A DNA stretch of 64,000 bases from Nitrospirota bacterium (GTDB lineage Bacteria > UBA2233). Shown piece by piece: positions 44,109 through 54,756 of this stretch; positions within the stretch are counted from its first letter, which is position 1; each line of letters starts with the position of its first letter. The stretch spans positions 3,037-67,036 of the forward strand of contig WOZJ01000071.1 in NCBI GenBank assembly GCA_011620345.1, in the 5' to 3' direction. The translations under genes were made by a program, and so were the position numbers. The notes beneath the pieces are model-generated. The model did not search any database, was not told where the DNA came from, and saw only the letters and a list, made by a program, of their open reading frames with translations.

Positions 44109-45400
44109 AAGACGTTCGAGGGTTTTTCCTCTTCAAGGATTCCGTATGGCTTTTCGAGAAAGGCTTCGCCTTTGGGTGTCCTCTTGAGGACCAACGCGGG
44201 GTTTTCTTCGTGGAGCAGGGTTTCTATGTTCTGAATTCGGATGAGCCCGTAATCGTTCAGGTACTCCACGTGGGCCCCGACCTCTTCGAGGGCGAGAAGG
44301 TGGTTGTACCCTTCGGAGTGCATCGGGTAGACGCTGCGAGTTACATCTACAACGGTGCGGGGTTCGCTGAAAAGCCGAAGAATTTCCAAAAGCCTCTCTT
44401 GATGGTGGTGCAGAAGTTCCGTACCCCTCTTTGAAACGTCCTGGATTTCGCCTTCATGTCCTCCTAAGCCGAGCCTGACGCCTTCCAGACTGCCGATACG
44501 TTTAAGCGCGCCGATATAGTGCCCAAGCCCGCAGAACGGGGCGATGTGTTCTGGGCTTTGATGGGGCGTGATGGTCGGCAGAATATGATCGCCCGTAAAC
44601 AGGATGTCGTCGTACAACAAGCAGACCTCACCCGGGCAGTGTCCCGGGGTATGGATCACGCGCATGCCTTTTAGGGTGTCCCCGTCCCGTAAGGCGCTTT
44701 GTGGTTCGAAATCTTTAAAAAAGGCCTTCCCAAATCGGTACATCTCTTCCATTTGTAAGGCCCTTTCGCTCGAAACTCCGGCCCTTCGAAGGAAAACGCC
44801 CAGGTCTTTCGATAGCAGGACGGTTCGTTCCTCGAACTGTGCGAGCGATTTGAAGTCCAGCTCGTGGATATGGACGCGCGCTTTCGAGCGTTCAACCAAC
44901 CCATGGAGCCCGCCAAAATGGTCAATATGGCCGTGGGTAAGGACGATATCCGTGATATCTTCGATGCAAAAGGTTTGTCCGAAGCACTCCGGGAGAAGCA
45001 GCTCGGCCCTCTTTAAGTCTCTTAGGGCGGTTTCTGTCGTCGTGGCCGCGTCGATCAGGACGTTGCCCGAAGCCTGCGGCAAGAAATAAAGGTTGTTGAT
45101 GTGCCCAGGAAAGGTTTCTGCTACAATCCTGTACACGGGCCGGCCCGAGGCCGTTTTGTAGCGCTTCAGTCCTGCGATGCCGTAATGATCCACGTACGCG
45201 CTTAAAGACGCACCCGAAGACCTCGCTGCCTGTAGCTCTTGAAGGCGTTCCTCGAAAGCCCCTTGGCACTCCAAAGTGGCATCGATGCGGGCATGGACCC
45301 TTCCAAGAAGGTCTTCGGATTTTTCCGGTGCGGCCTGCGTTGCAAACAGGGCCTCTTCGGCCTTCCAAAGTGCCTTAAGTATAGATACAATCCCTGACAT
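44105..45400 (-). CDS. Metallo-beta-lactamase-fold hydrolase with N-terminal extension
   Basis: THGHIDHFGG, HTPGHCPG, TGDHIL, GHE. Confidence 0.9.
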   Translation of the reverse strand: MSGIVSILKALWKAEEALFATQAAPEKSEDLLGRVHARIDATLECQGAFEERLQELQAARSSGASLSAYVDHYGIAGLKRYKTASGRPVYRIVAETFPGHINNLYFLPQASGNVLIDAATTTETALRDLKRAELLLPECFGQTFCIEDITDIVLTHGHIDHFGGLHGLVERSKARVHIHELDFKSLAQFEERTVLLSKDLGVFLRRAGVSSERALQMEEMYRFGKAFFKDFEPQSALRDGDTLKGMRVIHTPGHCPGEVCLLYDDILFTGDHILPTITPHQSPEHIAPFCGLGHYIGALKRIGSLEGVRLGLGGHEGEIQDVSKRGTELLHHHQERLLEILRLFSEPRTVVDVTRSVYPMHSEGYNHLLALEEVGAHVEYLNDYGLIRIQNIETLLHEENPALVLKRTPKGEAFLEKPYGILEEEKPSNVF

Positions 45401-45474
45401 AGCGACTCCTTCGAAGCGGGCAGTTTTCTTTCTTCAAGTATGAACGGCATCGAAAGCCAAAGCAAAGGGCCTTG

Positions 45475-45483
45475 TGCTAGAAT
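45475..45483 (+). promoter_or_regulatory. Putative extended -10 promoter of the topA operon
   Basis: TGcTAGAAT ~50 nt upstream of topA. Confidence 0.45.
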
Positions 45484-45531
45484 ACCCAAAGGAAGCTCTG
45501 CCAATTCTTAAGGAATAAACGGGTTGATACA

Positions 45532-47820
45532 GTGACAAAGCCAATGGGACCGAAGACGTACGATTACATGATTGTTGTGGAATCCCCTACGAAGGTGCAA
45601 ACGCTCAAGCGCTACTTGGGCCCGAGCGTTCCCGTCGAAGCTTCCAAGGGGCACGTTAAGGACCTCCCAAAGAGTCGGCTCGGGGTTGACCTTCAAAAGG
45701 ATTTTGAGCCCGAGTACGTGACGATCGAAGGGAAGCTCCAAGTCCTTAAGCGTCTCGTCGATGCTGCCGCGAACGTAAAGACAGTTTACCTCGCTTCCGA
45801 CCCTGACAGGGAAGGCGAGGCAATCGCCTTTCATGTTGCCGAAGAGCTTCAGAAAATATTGCCGCAAGATGCGCTCAAGCGGGTACTTTTCTACGAGCTT
45901 ACCCAGAAAGGGGTCCAAGAAGGGCTAAAACGGCCGACGGCGCTGAACCTTAACCTCTACAACGCGCACAAAGCAAGAAGGGTACTCGATAGACTCGTAG
46001 GCTACAAGATCTCCCCGCTCCTTTGGAAAAAGGTAAGGTACGGGCTTAGCGCCGGCAGAGTTCAGAGCGTTGCCTTAAGGCTCGTCCTCGAGCGGGAGCG
46101 GGCTATTAGGGCATTTGTCCCCAAAACATGGTTTACGCTGCTCGCCAAGCTCGCCTATCAAGGGGTACCCTTCGATGCCGAGCTCGCCCTTTATGCAGGC
46201 AAGAAGGCTCTCTTTGAGGACGAGCAAACGGCAAGAGGGGCACTAAGGGCCCTTCAAAGCGTCCCTTTGATCGTCTCGGATATCGCTAAGTCTGAACGCA
46301 AGCGTGCCCCAAAGCCTCCGTTCAAGACGAGCACGCTCCAGCAAACGGCGGCATCGGTCCTAGGGTTTAGCCCCAAAGAAACAATGCTCTTGGCCCAAAG
46401 ACTCTATGAAGGCGTAGAGATCGCCGGGTTTGGCCACGCGGGCCTCATCACCTACATGCGAACGGACTCGCTTCGGCTCTCTCCCGACATGTGCCATAAG
46501 GCGAAGGCGTTCGTAAAGGACCGCTTTGGCGAGCCGTTTGCCTCCAAGACGTTGCGCCGGTACGAAAATAAGGCCCGCGCGCAAGACGCCCACGAAGCCA
46601 TCCGGCCGACAGACCTGGCCCTTACTCCCGAGACCCTAGAAGGCAAGCTCGATAGACGCTTGCATCGGCTTTATAGGCTGATTTTTTGGAGGTTCGTTGC
46701 CTCTCAGATGACCGACGCGCGTTTTGAACACATAAGCGTTACGCTCAAGGCTTGGGCGGCCGACGGGACCGAGGCGATCTTTCGGGCCAAGGGCGAAACG
46801 CTGCTCCATTCCGGGTTTCTTGCGGCGCTCGAGATGAGCGAACCAAAAGAGTCGCTCGAAGGGACCTTGCCAGAGCTCCAGAAAGATGCTTCCTTGAGCC
46901 CAGAAAACCTCGCGCTCAAGGAGCACACGACCAAGCCTCCTGCGCGGTTTACGGAAGCCACGCTTATCAAAGAGCTCGAAGACCTTGGGATCGGCAGGCC
47001 TTCTACATACGCTACGATCGTCTCGACCGTTCAGGAGCGCCGCTACGTCCAAAAAGAGAACGGCCAGCTTCTTCCTACTCCGCTTGGGATCACGGTCAAC
47101 GACCTTCTCGTGGCCCATTTCCCAAGCCTTCTCGATACAGGCTTCACGGCCAAGCTTGAGAACGACTTAGACGCGATCGAGGCCAACCAGATGAAATGGC
47201 AGGGCTTGATCGCAGACTTCTACTCGTCTTTTGCCAAGGAACTCGAAAAGGCCAACGAAGACATGCCGAGCATTAAGGCCATGCGCCAAGAGACGGGCGT
47301 TTCCTGCCCGGAGTGCCAGGCACTGACAGAGGTGCGCTTTGGAAAGCACGGCTATTTCCTCTCTTGCTCGCGTTACCCGGAGTGTACCTTCTCAAAGCCT
47401 TGCATACTCGAGCCGGACGGGAGTATAACCATAGCTGAGAACGGAGAAGTACAAGAAACCGGCCGCTTTTGCCCCAAATGCAAGTCTCCCATGGTCATTA
47501 AAAAAGGCCGTTACGGTGCCTTTATGGCCTGTTCCAACTATCCTGCCTGCAAGGAAACAAGCCCTGTTACGCTTGGCATTCCTTGCCCAAAGGAAGGCTG
47601 CGACGGGGAGCTTGCCGAGCGCCGCTCGAAGCGGGGCAGCACCTTTTACGGGTGTACCAACTACCCAAAGTGCACGTTTGTCCTCTCAAAAGAGCCCGTA
47701 CAGGCCTGTTGCACGGCATGCGGTTTTCAGGTGATGGTTCGCGTCAAGGATCGCAAAGGGGAGACCAAGTCTCTCCAGTGCCCCAACTGCAAAACGTTCG
47801 TGGAGCTTACAACGGCATGA
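45532..47820 (+). CDS. topA: DNA topoisomerase I
   Basis: IVVESPTK, DPDREGE, SAGRVQS, ITYMRTD, GIGRPSTY, C4 zinc ribbons. Confidence 0.98.
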   Translation: MTKPMGPKTYDYMIVVESPTKVQTLKRYLGPSVPVEASKGHVKDLPKSRLGVDLQKDFEPEYVTIEGKLQVLKRLVDAAANVKTVYLASDPDREGEAIAFHVAEELQKILPQDALKRVLFYELTQKGVQEGLKRPTALNLNLYNAHKARRVLDRLVGYKISPLLWKKVRYGLSAGRVQSVALRLVLERERAIRAFVPKTWFTLLAKLAYQGVPFDAELALYAGKKALFEDEQTARGALRALQSVPLIVSDIAKSERKRAPKPPFKTSTLQQTAASVLGFSPKETMLLAQRLYEGVEIAGFGHAGLITYMRTDSLRLSPDMCHKAKAFVKDRFGEPFASKTLRRYENKARAQDAHEAIRPTDLALTPETLEGKLDRRLHRLYRLIFWRFVASQMTDARFEHISVTLKAWAADGTEAIFRAKGETLLHSGFLAALEMSEPKESLEGTLPELQKDASLSPENLALKEHTTKPPARFTEATLIKELEDLGIGRPSTYATIVSTVQERRYVQKENGQLLPTPLGITVNDLLVAHFPSLLDTGFTAKLENDLDAIEANQMKWQGLIADFYSSFAKELEKANEDMPSIKAMRQETGVSCPECQALTEVRFGKHGYFLSCSRYPECTFSKPCILEPDGSITIAENGEVQETGRFCPKCKSPMVIKKGRYGAFMACSNYPACKETSPVTLGIPCPKEGCDGELAERRSKRGSTFYGCTNYPKCTFVLSKEPVQACCTACGFQVMVRVKDRKGETKSLQCPNCKTFVELTTA

Positions 47821-49604
47821 ATCGAAGCTGGACACTCATTTTGGCGAACGGTGCGCTCTTGGCGGCGGTGTTGTTCGGGTTTTTGGAGAAGGGGCGAATC
47901 TCCGGTTCGCCCGCGCTTGCTAAGGCCGGCCTTTTTGGGGTTACGGACAGCTTCGTCCAGCTTGGCCGGTACGGAAGGTGGATGACCGGGGGCAGGGAGA
48001 TATTGGAAATCGACCTCCCCCTTCGAATGGCCTATCAAAAGGACCCTTTGAGCCGCTTGATCGGAAAGCCTACCCGGACGTTCGATGAGTATATGCGCCT
48101 AATCGAAGAGGCTTCAAGGGACAACGTCGTCTCGGGGATTCTGCTCGTGATCTCCGAAACGGCGCTTGATTTTGCCGAGATTGAAGATTTGCGCTCGGCC
48201 CTCCTTAGGTTCAAGGCCCAGGGAAAGTCCGTATACGTCTACTTCGAGAACGGTGGAAACAAGGAATACCTCCTTTCTGCGGCCTCCGACCACATTATGG
48301 GCGCGAAGACGGCAGGGCTTTTCTTGGTAGGACTGAAGACGAGAACGGTATACCTAAAAGACCTGCTGGACAAGCTCGGTATCCGGATGTGGGTTGTCAA
48401 GGAAGGCGAATACAAAACATTTGGCGACATGTTCACCCGTTCGAGTATGTCCGAATCGGACAAGGAACAGCTCGGCGCGCTGATAGACGACCTGTACGAA
48501 AAACTCGTTGCAACGATCTCAAAAGAAAGACGCCTGGATCGTCAATCCCTCGAGCAGGCCATCCAAAGGGCCCCGTTAACCTCTTCGGAGGCCAAAGCCT
48601 TGGGACTGTTCGACTCGATCGGCTACAGAGATGACCTTAAGCGTATCGTGAAAGACCAGGAGCCCCATAGGGTTCGTTTTGTGGACTTCAAGGATTACAG
48701 GGTGCGAAAGCTCTTTCCAGTCGGCAACCCCTTCAAGCGGCGTATCGCCCTTCTTAATTTGTCCGGGATGATTCTGCCGGGTGAAAGTCAGGACATGCCC
48801 ATGTTGAGGACGAGGGCGATTCTCGAGCGGCCCACGCTTGAGCTGCTCGAGGAGATCGAAAAAGACCGTTCGATCGGGGCCCTTTTGGTTCGAATCGATT
48901 CTCCCGGAGGGCTGGAGTCGCCTACCGATCAAATCTGGCGAAAAATCCGCAAGCTCGGAGAGAAAAAGCCCGTTATCGTCCAGGCCGGCGGCGTTTGTGC
49001 CTCCGGAGGCTACTACATCGCCTCAGGGGGCAACAAGGTGATTGCCCATCCCTACTCGGTCGTAGGCTCGATCGGCGTGCTGGCTCTTAAGCCGGATGCC
49101 AGCGTGCTTGCCGACAAGCTCGGTCTCCGCTCCGAGACGATTCAGCGCGGAGACCATGCGGACGTATTCTCCCCGTGGAAGGGGTGGAGCCCGGAAGAGC
49201 TCGAGCGTCTCAAGGTAAACATCCGCCACGACTACGAAATGTTTCTCGAGGCCGTGGCTGTTTCCAGAGGAAGGCCAAAAGAGGAGATTGCCAAGCTTGC
49301 GCAAGGACGAATCTACTCCGGGGAGGCCGCGTTGAAGCTCGGGCTCATCGATCGTTTAGGGGGGTTCTTTGAAGCCTTGGACGAAGCAAAGGAGGCCATT
49401 GGGCTAAAGCCTCAGGATGCGGCAGAAATTGTCGTGTTTCCGAAAGAAAAGGGGCTTTTCGAAGCGCTGGCCCAAGGGCCGTTTGCCTACAAAGATCCCT
49501 ACCTTCGCTTGCTTGAGCCTGTTGGATGTGTAAGCAAGATGCTGGACATACTCGGAAAGCAGCACTCTGCCGTACTCTGGCCCGTGTTGTTCCAGATGGA
49601 GTAG
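47817..49604 (+). CDS. sppA: Signal peptide peptidase SppA (67K type)
   Basis: N-terminal TM, GEYK (Lys), RIDSPGG, CASGGYY (Ser), GSIGV; ATGA-coupled to topA. Confidence 0.92.
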   Translation: MNRSWTLILANGALLAAVLFGFLEKGRISGSPALAKAGLFGVTDSFVQLGRYGRWMTGGREILEIDLPLRMAYQKDPLSRLIGKPTRTFDEYMRLIEEASRDNVVSGILLVISETALDFAEIEDLRSALLRFKAQGKSVYVYFENGGNKEYLLSAASDHIMGAKTAGLFLVGLKTRTVYLKDLLDKLGIRMWVVKEGEYKTFGDMFTRSSMSESDKEQLGALIDDLYEKLVATISKERRLDRQSLEQAIQRAPLTSSEAKALGLFDSIGYRDDLKRIVKDQEPHRVRFVDFKDYRVRKLFPVGNPFKRRIALLNLSGMILPGESQDMPMLRTRAILERPTLELLEEIEKDRSIGALLVRIDSPGGLESPTDQIWRKIRKLGEKKPVIVQAGGVCASGGYYIASGGNKVIAHPYSVVGSIGVLALKPDASVLADKLGLRSETIQRGDHADVFSPWKGWSPEELERLKVNIRHDYEMFLEAVAVSRGRPKEEIAKLAQGRIYSGEAALKLGLIDRLGGFFEALDEAKEAIGLKPQDAAEIVVFPKEKGLFEALAQGPFAYKDPYLRLLEPVGCVSKMLDILGKQHSAVLWPVLFQME

Positions 49605-49610
49605 GCGGCC

Positions 49611-50999
49611 ATGGAGCGATGGATCGATTTGAGCGATATTCCAGAAAGGGCACGACGGCTACCTGTAAAGGTGATCGGGGGCGGGTTGGCTGGGGTTGAG
49701 GCTGCCTACGCGCTGGCCAAAGAAGGGGTTCCCGTCGAGTTGATCGAGATGAAACCAAGGCGCTTCTCGCCTGCCCACCGCCTGGTCCACCTAGCCGAGC
49801 TCGTGTGCTCGAACTCGTTCAAGAGCATGGACCCCTTAAAGGCTTCTGGGCTCCTCAAGAAAGAGCTTGGCCTTCTGGGCTCGGTCGTGCTGGAAGCCGC
49901 AAGGAAGACGCGCGTCCCGGCAGGGGAGGCCCTTGCTGTCGACAGGGATGCGTTCGCCGAGCGCGTTACACGCATCCTGTCTGCCCATCCGCTGATTAAG
50001 ATTGTCCGGAAAGAAGCCATTGCCATCCCGCGCACGGGCATCGTGGTTGTCGCCGTAGGTCCATTGCCATCGGGCCGGTTTGAGCGTGCAATCGAGCACC
50101 TGCTCGGCGACAAAGGGCTATACTTTTACGACGCGGTTTCCCCTGTCGTCGAGAGCGAAAGCATTGATTTTTCGAAAGTGTTTCGTGCCTCCCGCTACGA
50201 AGAGGGAGAAGGCGATTACATCAACTGTCCGATGAGCAGGGAGCAGTACTTGGCGTTCGTGCAAGCGCTCAAGGGAGCCCAGAAGGTTCCCTTGAGGCCG
50301 CTAGATGAACCCAAGTTTTTCCAGGGATGTCAGCCTGTAGACCTCATTGCAGAGCAGGGCGAGCATGCGCTGGCGTTCGCCCAGATGTCTCCCGTGGGGT
50401 TTCGGCAGTTCAAGGGCGCTTCGAACAGGCCGTTCGCCGTGATTCAGCTAAGACAGGACGACCTGGTAGGGTGCCACTACGCGATTGTCGGGTTTCAGAG
50501 TAGGCTCAAGATGCAAGAACAGGACAGGGTGTTCCGGATGATTCCAGGGCTCGAGAATGCCCGTTTCGTCCGGTACGGAACGTTCCACAGGAACACGTAC
50601 ATCAACACCCCAAAGTATTTAAGCCGTTTTTTGAGCTTAAAGCACTGCCCGCGTATTTTTTTTGCTGGTCAGGTTTGCGGGGTCGAGGGCTACCTCGAGT
50701 CGGCCGCGATGGGCCTCGTGGCCGGCCTGTTTGCCGCGAGGATGTGGAAAACACAGCCAATCCGGGAGCTTCCAAAAGGAAGCATGATCGCAGGGCTTCT
50801 CGGATACATCACCTTCGAAGGGCATAAAGAGTTCAAGCCTATGAATGCAAACTTTGGCCTGCTTGAAGCAGAGAACCCTCCCGGGCGCGACAGAAAGGCC
50901 AAACGGGCGTGGCTTATGGAACGTTCAAGCTCAGGGCTGGATGCTTGGATGCGCGAAATGGGAATAGGGCTTCAGGAGGGGTTCTCATCGCTCAAATAG
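49611..50999 (+). CDS. trmFO: Folate-dependent tRNA (m5U54) methyltransferase TrmFO/Gid
   Basis: GGGLAG, AELVCSNS, FYDA, HRNTY, GVEGYLES, PMNANFG. Confidence 0.96.
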   Translation: MERWIDLSDIPERARRLPVKVIGGGLAGVEAAYALAKEGVPVELIEMKPRRFSPAHRLVHLAELVCSNSFKSMDPLKASGLLKKELGLLGSVVLEAARKTRVPAGEALAVDRDAFAERVTRILSAHPLIKIVRKEAIAIPRTGIVVVAVGPLPSGRFERAIEHLLGDKGLYFYDAVSPVVESESIDFSKVFRASRYEEGEGDYINCPMSREQYLAFVQALKGAQKVPLRPLDEPKFFQGCQPVDLIAEQGEHALAFAQMSPVGFRQFKGASNRPFAVIQLRQDDLVGCHYAIVGFQSRLKMQEQDRVFRMIPGLENARFVRYGTFHRNTYINTPKYLSRFLSLKHCPRIFFAGQVCGVEGYLESAAMGLVAGLFAARMWKTQPIRELPKGSMIAGLLGYITFEGHKEFKPMNANFGLLEAENPPGRDRKAKRAWLMERSSSGLDAWMREMGIGLQEGFSSLK

Positions 51000-51943
51000 G
51001 CCAAGACAACCCAACGCTGGGGGAGGTGCGATCGCTTCTTGGGGCCTTCGAGCGCTTTCTCAAGATTTCACGGGCGCTTTCTGGAGCCTCTGTGGCGGCC
51101 TATGTCCGGGATGTCCGTCTTTTTCTCCTTAGGGAAGCAAAGGACGATGAGGCGAATTTTACGCTGCCACTTGCGGCTAAGGTGCTGGAAGGGTGGCTAT
51201 TTCGTTACTTAAGGCACCTCTCCTTTCGACTCAAGCGTACGAGCATCGAGCGCAAGAAGTGCTCCTTCAAGGCGTTTGTCCGCTTCTTGGAGAGTTCGGG
51301 CAACCTCGATGGAGCGCTCAAACCGGTGCTTGCCGGAGGAAAGGCCGAATCCAGGCTTCCTTCGTACATGAGCGCCAAGAGCGTGGAGGAATTGCTGGAG
51401 CATCTCTGGAGGCGCTCGGACCCTAAAGACATAAGGGATGCCGCCTTTTTGGAAGTTCTCTACGGACTTGGGCTTCGGATTTCGGAAGCGCTGAACCTTA
51501 CGCTCCAGGACATCGACATGGACCGCAAACTGGTCCGTGTTACCGGTAAAGGGAGAAAAGTGCGCTATACGCCCTGTACAGAGCGCACCCTTGAGGCTAT
51601 AATTGCATATTTACCGGTACGCGTACGCTGGGCCAAGCCTGGGGAAAGAGAGTGGCTTTTTGTCGGGCCCGCTGGAAAGCGGCTTTCTGTCCGAAACATG
51701 CAGGCTCGGGTCGCAAAACTTGGGGTTGAAGCGCTCGGCAGGAACGACCTCCATCCCCACATGTTTCGGCATGCGCTAGCCACCCATTTGCTAGAGGGGG
51801 GAATGGATATCCGTCTCGTTAAGGAAATGCTAGGCCACGCGAGCCTTTCTACGACCCAGCGTTATACGAGGGTGACGCTCGAGCATTTGTTCGAGACGTA
51901 CCAAAAGGCTCATCCAAGGGCCTCATCCAAGGGCAAAGAATAA
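50909..51943 (+). CDS. xerC: Tyrosine recombinase XerC (start probably further downstream)
   Basis: [25 protein letters not shown]; trmFO-xerC-hslVU synteny. Confidence 0.92.
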   Translation: MAYGTFKLRAGCLDARNGNRASGGVLIAQIGQDNPTLGEVRSLLGAFERFLKISRALSGASVAAYVRDVRLFLLREAKDDEANFTLPLAAKVLEGWLFRYLRHLSFRLKRTSIERKKCSFKAFVRFLESSGNLDGALKPVLAGGKAESRLPSYMSAKSVEELLEHLWRRSDPKDIRDAAFLEVLYGLGLRISEALNLTLQDIDMDRKLVRVTGKGRKVRYTPCTERTLEAIIAYLPVRVRWAKPGEREWLFVGPAGKRLSVRNMQARVAKLGVEALGRNDLHPHMFRHALATHLLEGGMDIRLVKEMLGHASLSTTQRYTRVTLEHLFETYQKAHPRASSKGKE

Positions 51944-51945
51944 AA

Positions 51946-52485
51946 ATGGCCCATTTTGAAGGAACGACCATCCTCGCCGTAAGGCGAGAAAACGAGGTCG
52001 CCATGGCCGGAGACGGGCAGGTGAGCCTCTCTGGAACGATCGTCAAAGCTGGGGCCAAAAAGGTCAGGCGTCTCTACCAGGATAAAGTTCTTGCCGGGTT
52101 TGCCGGCTCGACGGCCGATGCGTTCACGCTCTTCGAGCGCTTTGAGGCCAAGCTCGAGGCGTACCGGGGCAACCTGATGCGCGCCTCCGTCGAGCTCGCC
52201 AAAGATTGGAGGACGGACCGCATCCTTAGGCGGCTTGAGGCCATGCTGCTCGTGGCCGACAGGGAGCATATCCTGCTGCTCACGGGAGGGGGCGACGTGC
52301 TCGAACCGGACGAGCCAGCGATGGCGATAGGCTCCGGGGGTGATTATGCCAGGGCTGCGGCGCTTGCGCTAAGCTTGCACACCGGCCTAAAGGCGGCCGA
52401 AATTGCAAAGGTTGCACTCGAGATCGCAGGGAAAATTTGCGTGTACACGAACGATACCTTGACCATAGAGGTGCTCGAAGGATGA
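51946..52485 (+). CDS. hslV: ATP-dependent protease peptidase subunit
   Basis: GTTI N-terminal Thr, [18 protein letters not shown]. Confidence 0.97.
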   Translation: MAHFEGTTILAVRRENEVAMAGDGQVSLSGTIVKAGAKKVRRLYQDKVLAGFAGSTADAFTLFERFEAKLEAYRGNLMRASVELAKDWRTDRILRRLEAMLLVADREHILLLTGGGDVLEPDEPAMAIGSGGDYARAAALALSLHTGLKAAEIAKVALEIAGKICVYTNDTLTIEVLEG

Positions 52486-53864
52486 ACCAACCGGCCGAGC
52501 CCCTTGCCAAGCACCCTACCCCGAGAGAGGTCGTGCGCATGCTCGATACCTACATCGTGGGTCAGGACAAGGCTAAACGGGCCGTTGCGATCGCCCTAAG
52601 GAACCGCTACCGGCGCATGTTCGTCGAGCCGGAGCTAAAAGACGAGATCGCACCCAAGAACATCTTGATGATCGGGCCGACGGGAGTGGGGAAGACAGAA
52701 ATTTCCAGACGGCTTGCAAAGCTCATGAACGCCCCTTTCCTCAAGGTCGAGGCCTCCAAGTTCACAGAGGTAGGTTATGTCGGCCGGGATGTAGACTCAA
52801 TCATCCGAGATTTGGCCCGCGTTGCCGTGAACCAAGGAAGGGAAGAAGAGCGTCAAAAGGTCCTTGAACGCGCAAGGCACCTGGCCGAGGAGCGCGTCCT
52901 TGATTTGCTTGTAGGCCCATTGCGGCCAGCCCAAAAGGCCGGCAGGGAAGAGGCAGAGAGGTTTGCCACACCGGAAGAGCCCCAATCCTCTACACGTGAG
53001 CGGTTTCGTCAGCTCTTGCGCGATGGCAAGCTGTCTCAACGCTTCGTCGAGATGGAGCTTAAGGAGGCCGCGGGGCCGATGGTCGAGATCTTTGCAGCCC
53101 AGGGGCTAGAAGAGCTCGATACCAATTTGAGAGACATGCTCTCCCAGCTCATGCCCAAAAAGTCCAAGCGGAAGAAGGTCCTCGTTCCAGAAGCGCTAGA
53201 GATGCTGACCGAGGAGGAGGCCGAGCGGCTGATAGACATGCAGAAAGTCCAGAAAACGGCGATCGATCTGATGGAGAATTCCGGGATCGTGTTTATCGAC
53301 GAAATCGACAAGATAGCCGGCAGGGAAGGTGTCGGCGGGCCGGACGTATCACGCGAAGGGGTCCAACGCGACCTCCTTCCTTTGGTCGAGGGTACGAGCG
53401 TTTCGACGAAATACGGAGTCATTCATACCGATCATATCCTATTCATCGCGGCCGGAGCGTTCCATACTTCCAAGCCGTCCGATTTAATCCCAGAATTCCA
53501 GGGGCGTTTCCCCATTCGGGTCGAGCTCGAAGCGCTCACACAGGCGGATTTTGTCCGAATCCTGAGCGAAACCCGGAACGCCCTGGTCCGGCAGTACCAA
53601 GCGCTCTTGGCGACGGAAGGGGTTACGCTGATCTTCGAGCCTTCCGCTATCGAGGAGATCGCCAAGATCGCCTCGGAGATCAACGAGAATACGGAAAACA
53701 TCGGCGCAAGGCGCCTACACACGGTCATGGAGAAGCTCCTTGAAGAAGTGTCGTTCGCCGCGCCAGAAATGGCGGGCGTCGAGGTCAAGATCGACAATCA
53801 ATATGTCATCTCCAAGCTGGCCGACATCGTCAAAGACAGGGATTTGACCCGGTACATCCTCTAA
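52482..53864 (+). CDS. hslU: ATP-dependent protease ATPase subunit
   Basis: [40 protein letters not shown]-terminal YIL. Confidence 0.98.
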   Translation: MNQPAEPLAKHPTPREVVRMLDTYIVGQDKAKRAVAIALRNRYRRMFVEPELKDEIAPKNILMIGPTGVGKTEISRRLAKLMNAPFLKVEASKFTEVGYVGRDVDSIIRDLARVAVNQGREEERQKVLERARHLAEERVLDLLVGPLRPAQKAGREEAERFATPEEPQSSTRERFRQLLRDGKLSQRFVEMELKEAAGPMVEIFAAQGLEELDTNLRDMLSQLMPKKSKRKKVLVPEALEMLTEEEAERLIDMQKVQKTAIDLMENSGIVFIDEIDKIAGREGVGGPDVSREGVQRDLLPLVEGTSVSTKYGVIHTDHILFIAAGAFHTSKPSDLIPEFQGRFPIRVELEALTQADFVRILSETRNALVRQYQALLATEGVTLIFEPSAIEEIAKIASEINENTENIGARRLHTVMEKLLEEVSFAAPEMAGVEVKIDNQYVISKLADIVKDRDLTRYIL

Positions 53865-53889
53865 GCCCGTGGGCACCGAAGGAGAGCGC

Positions 53890-54756
53890 ATGGAAACCGA
53901 AGCGTCGAGCAAGGTCAAGGTCCTTTTGGAGGCATTGCCCTACTTAAGGCAGTTCTACGGCAAAACGATCGTCGTGAAGATTGGGGGGACGGCCTTTAAA
54001 GACCCGGAGCTGCTCAAGTCTATCGCGCTGGATATCGTCTTCGTCGAATTCTTGGGCATTCGGACCGTCATCGTCCACGGCGGCGGCCCCCAGATTGGCT
54101 CGTTGCTTCAAAGGCTCGGGCTCGAAAGCCGCTTTTTCCGCGGGCTTCGCATTACCGATGCCAGCGCGCTCGAGGTCGTCGAAATGGTGCTCCTTAAAAC
54201 AGGCAAGGAAATCGTCACGCTGATCGAGCTTTTGGGTGGAAAGGCTATTGGGCTTTCCGGCAGGGATGCCGGGCTTTTTTTAGCGAAGCAGATGGGCCCT
54301 GTCCAGGCAGACGGGGAAGAGGTCGATCTTGGGTTCGTGGGTGAAATCGTCGTGACCAACCCGAGCGTTGTGAGCCTACTTTTAAAAGAACGGCTGATCC
54401 CCGTCATCAGCCCGATCGGGATAGACAACGAAGGAACACCACTCAACCTGAACGCGGATACGGTCGCCTCTAGGCTTGCAGGCAGTCTGCATGCGGAAAA
54501 GCTCATTCTTATGACGGACGTGGAAGGGCTGCTGGACGAAAACGGAATGCTGATTTCTTCTCTCAAAAGCACCAAGGCCAAGGGTTTGATCGAATCGGGC
54601 ACCGTCAAGCAGGGGATGATCCCGAAACTAAGCTGCTGCACCGACGCGCTCGATCAGGGCGTACGGAAGACCCATATCATCAACGGGAAGATCAAGAATG
54701 CCCTTCTTTTGGAGTTGTTCACGGAGTCGGGCATCGGGACGGAGATCAAGTTTTGA
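53890..54756 (+). CDS. argB: Acetylglutamate kinase
   Basis: EALPY, VKIGG, VHGGGPQI, NLNAD, GMIPK. Confidence 0.96.
   Translation: METEASSKVKVLLEALPYLRQFYGKTIVVKIGGTAFKDPELLKSIALDIVFVEFLGIRTVIVHGGGPQIGSLLQRLGLESRFFRGLRITDASALEVVEMVLLKTGKEIVTLIELLGGKAIGLSGRDAGLFLAKQMGPVQADGEEVDLGFVGEIVVTNPSVVSLLLKERLIPVISPIGIDNEGTPLNLNADTVASRLAGSLHAEKLILMTDVEGLLDENGMLISSLKSTKAKGLIESGTVKQGMIPKLSCCTDALDQGVRKTHIINGKIKNALLLELFTESGIGTEIKF

Noticed and set aside
50909-51943. Tyrosine recombinase as a phage/island integrase
   Set aside because: It lies in the conserved trmFO-xerC-hslVU context, so it is chromosomal XerC
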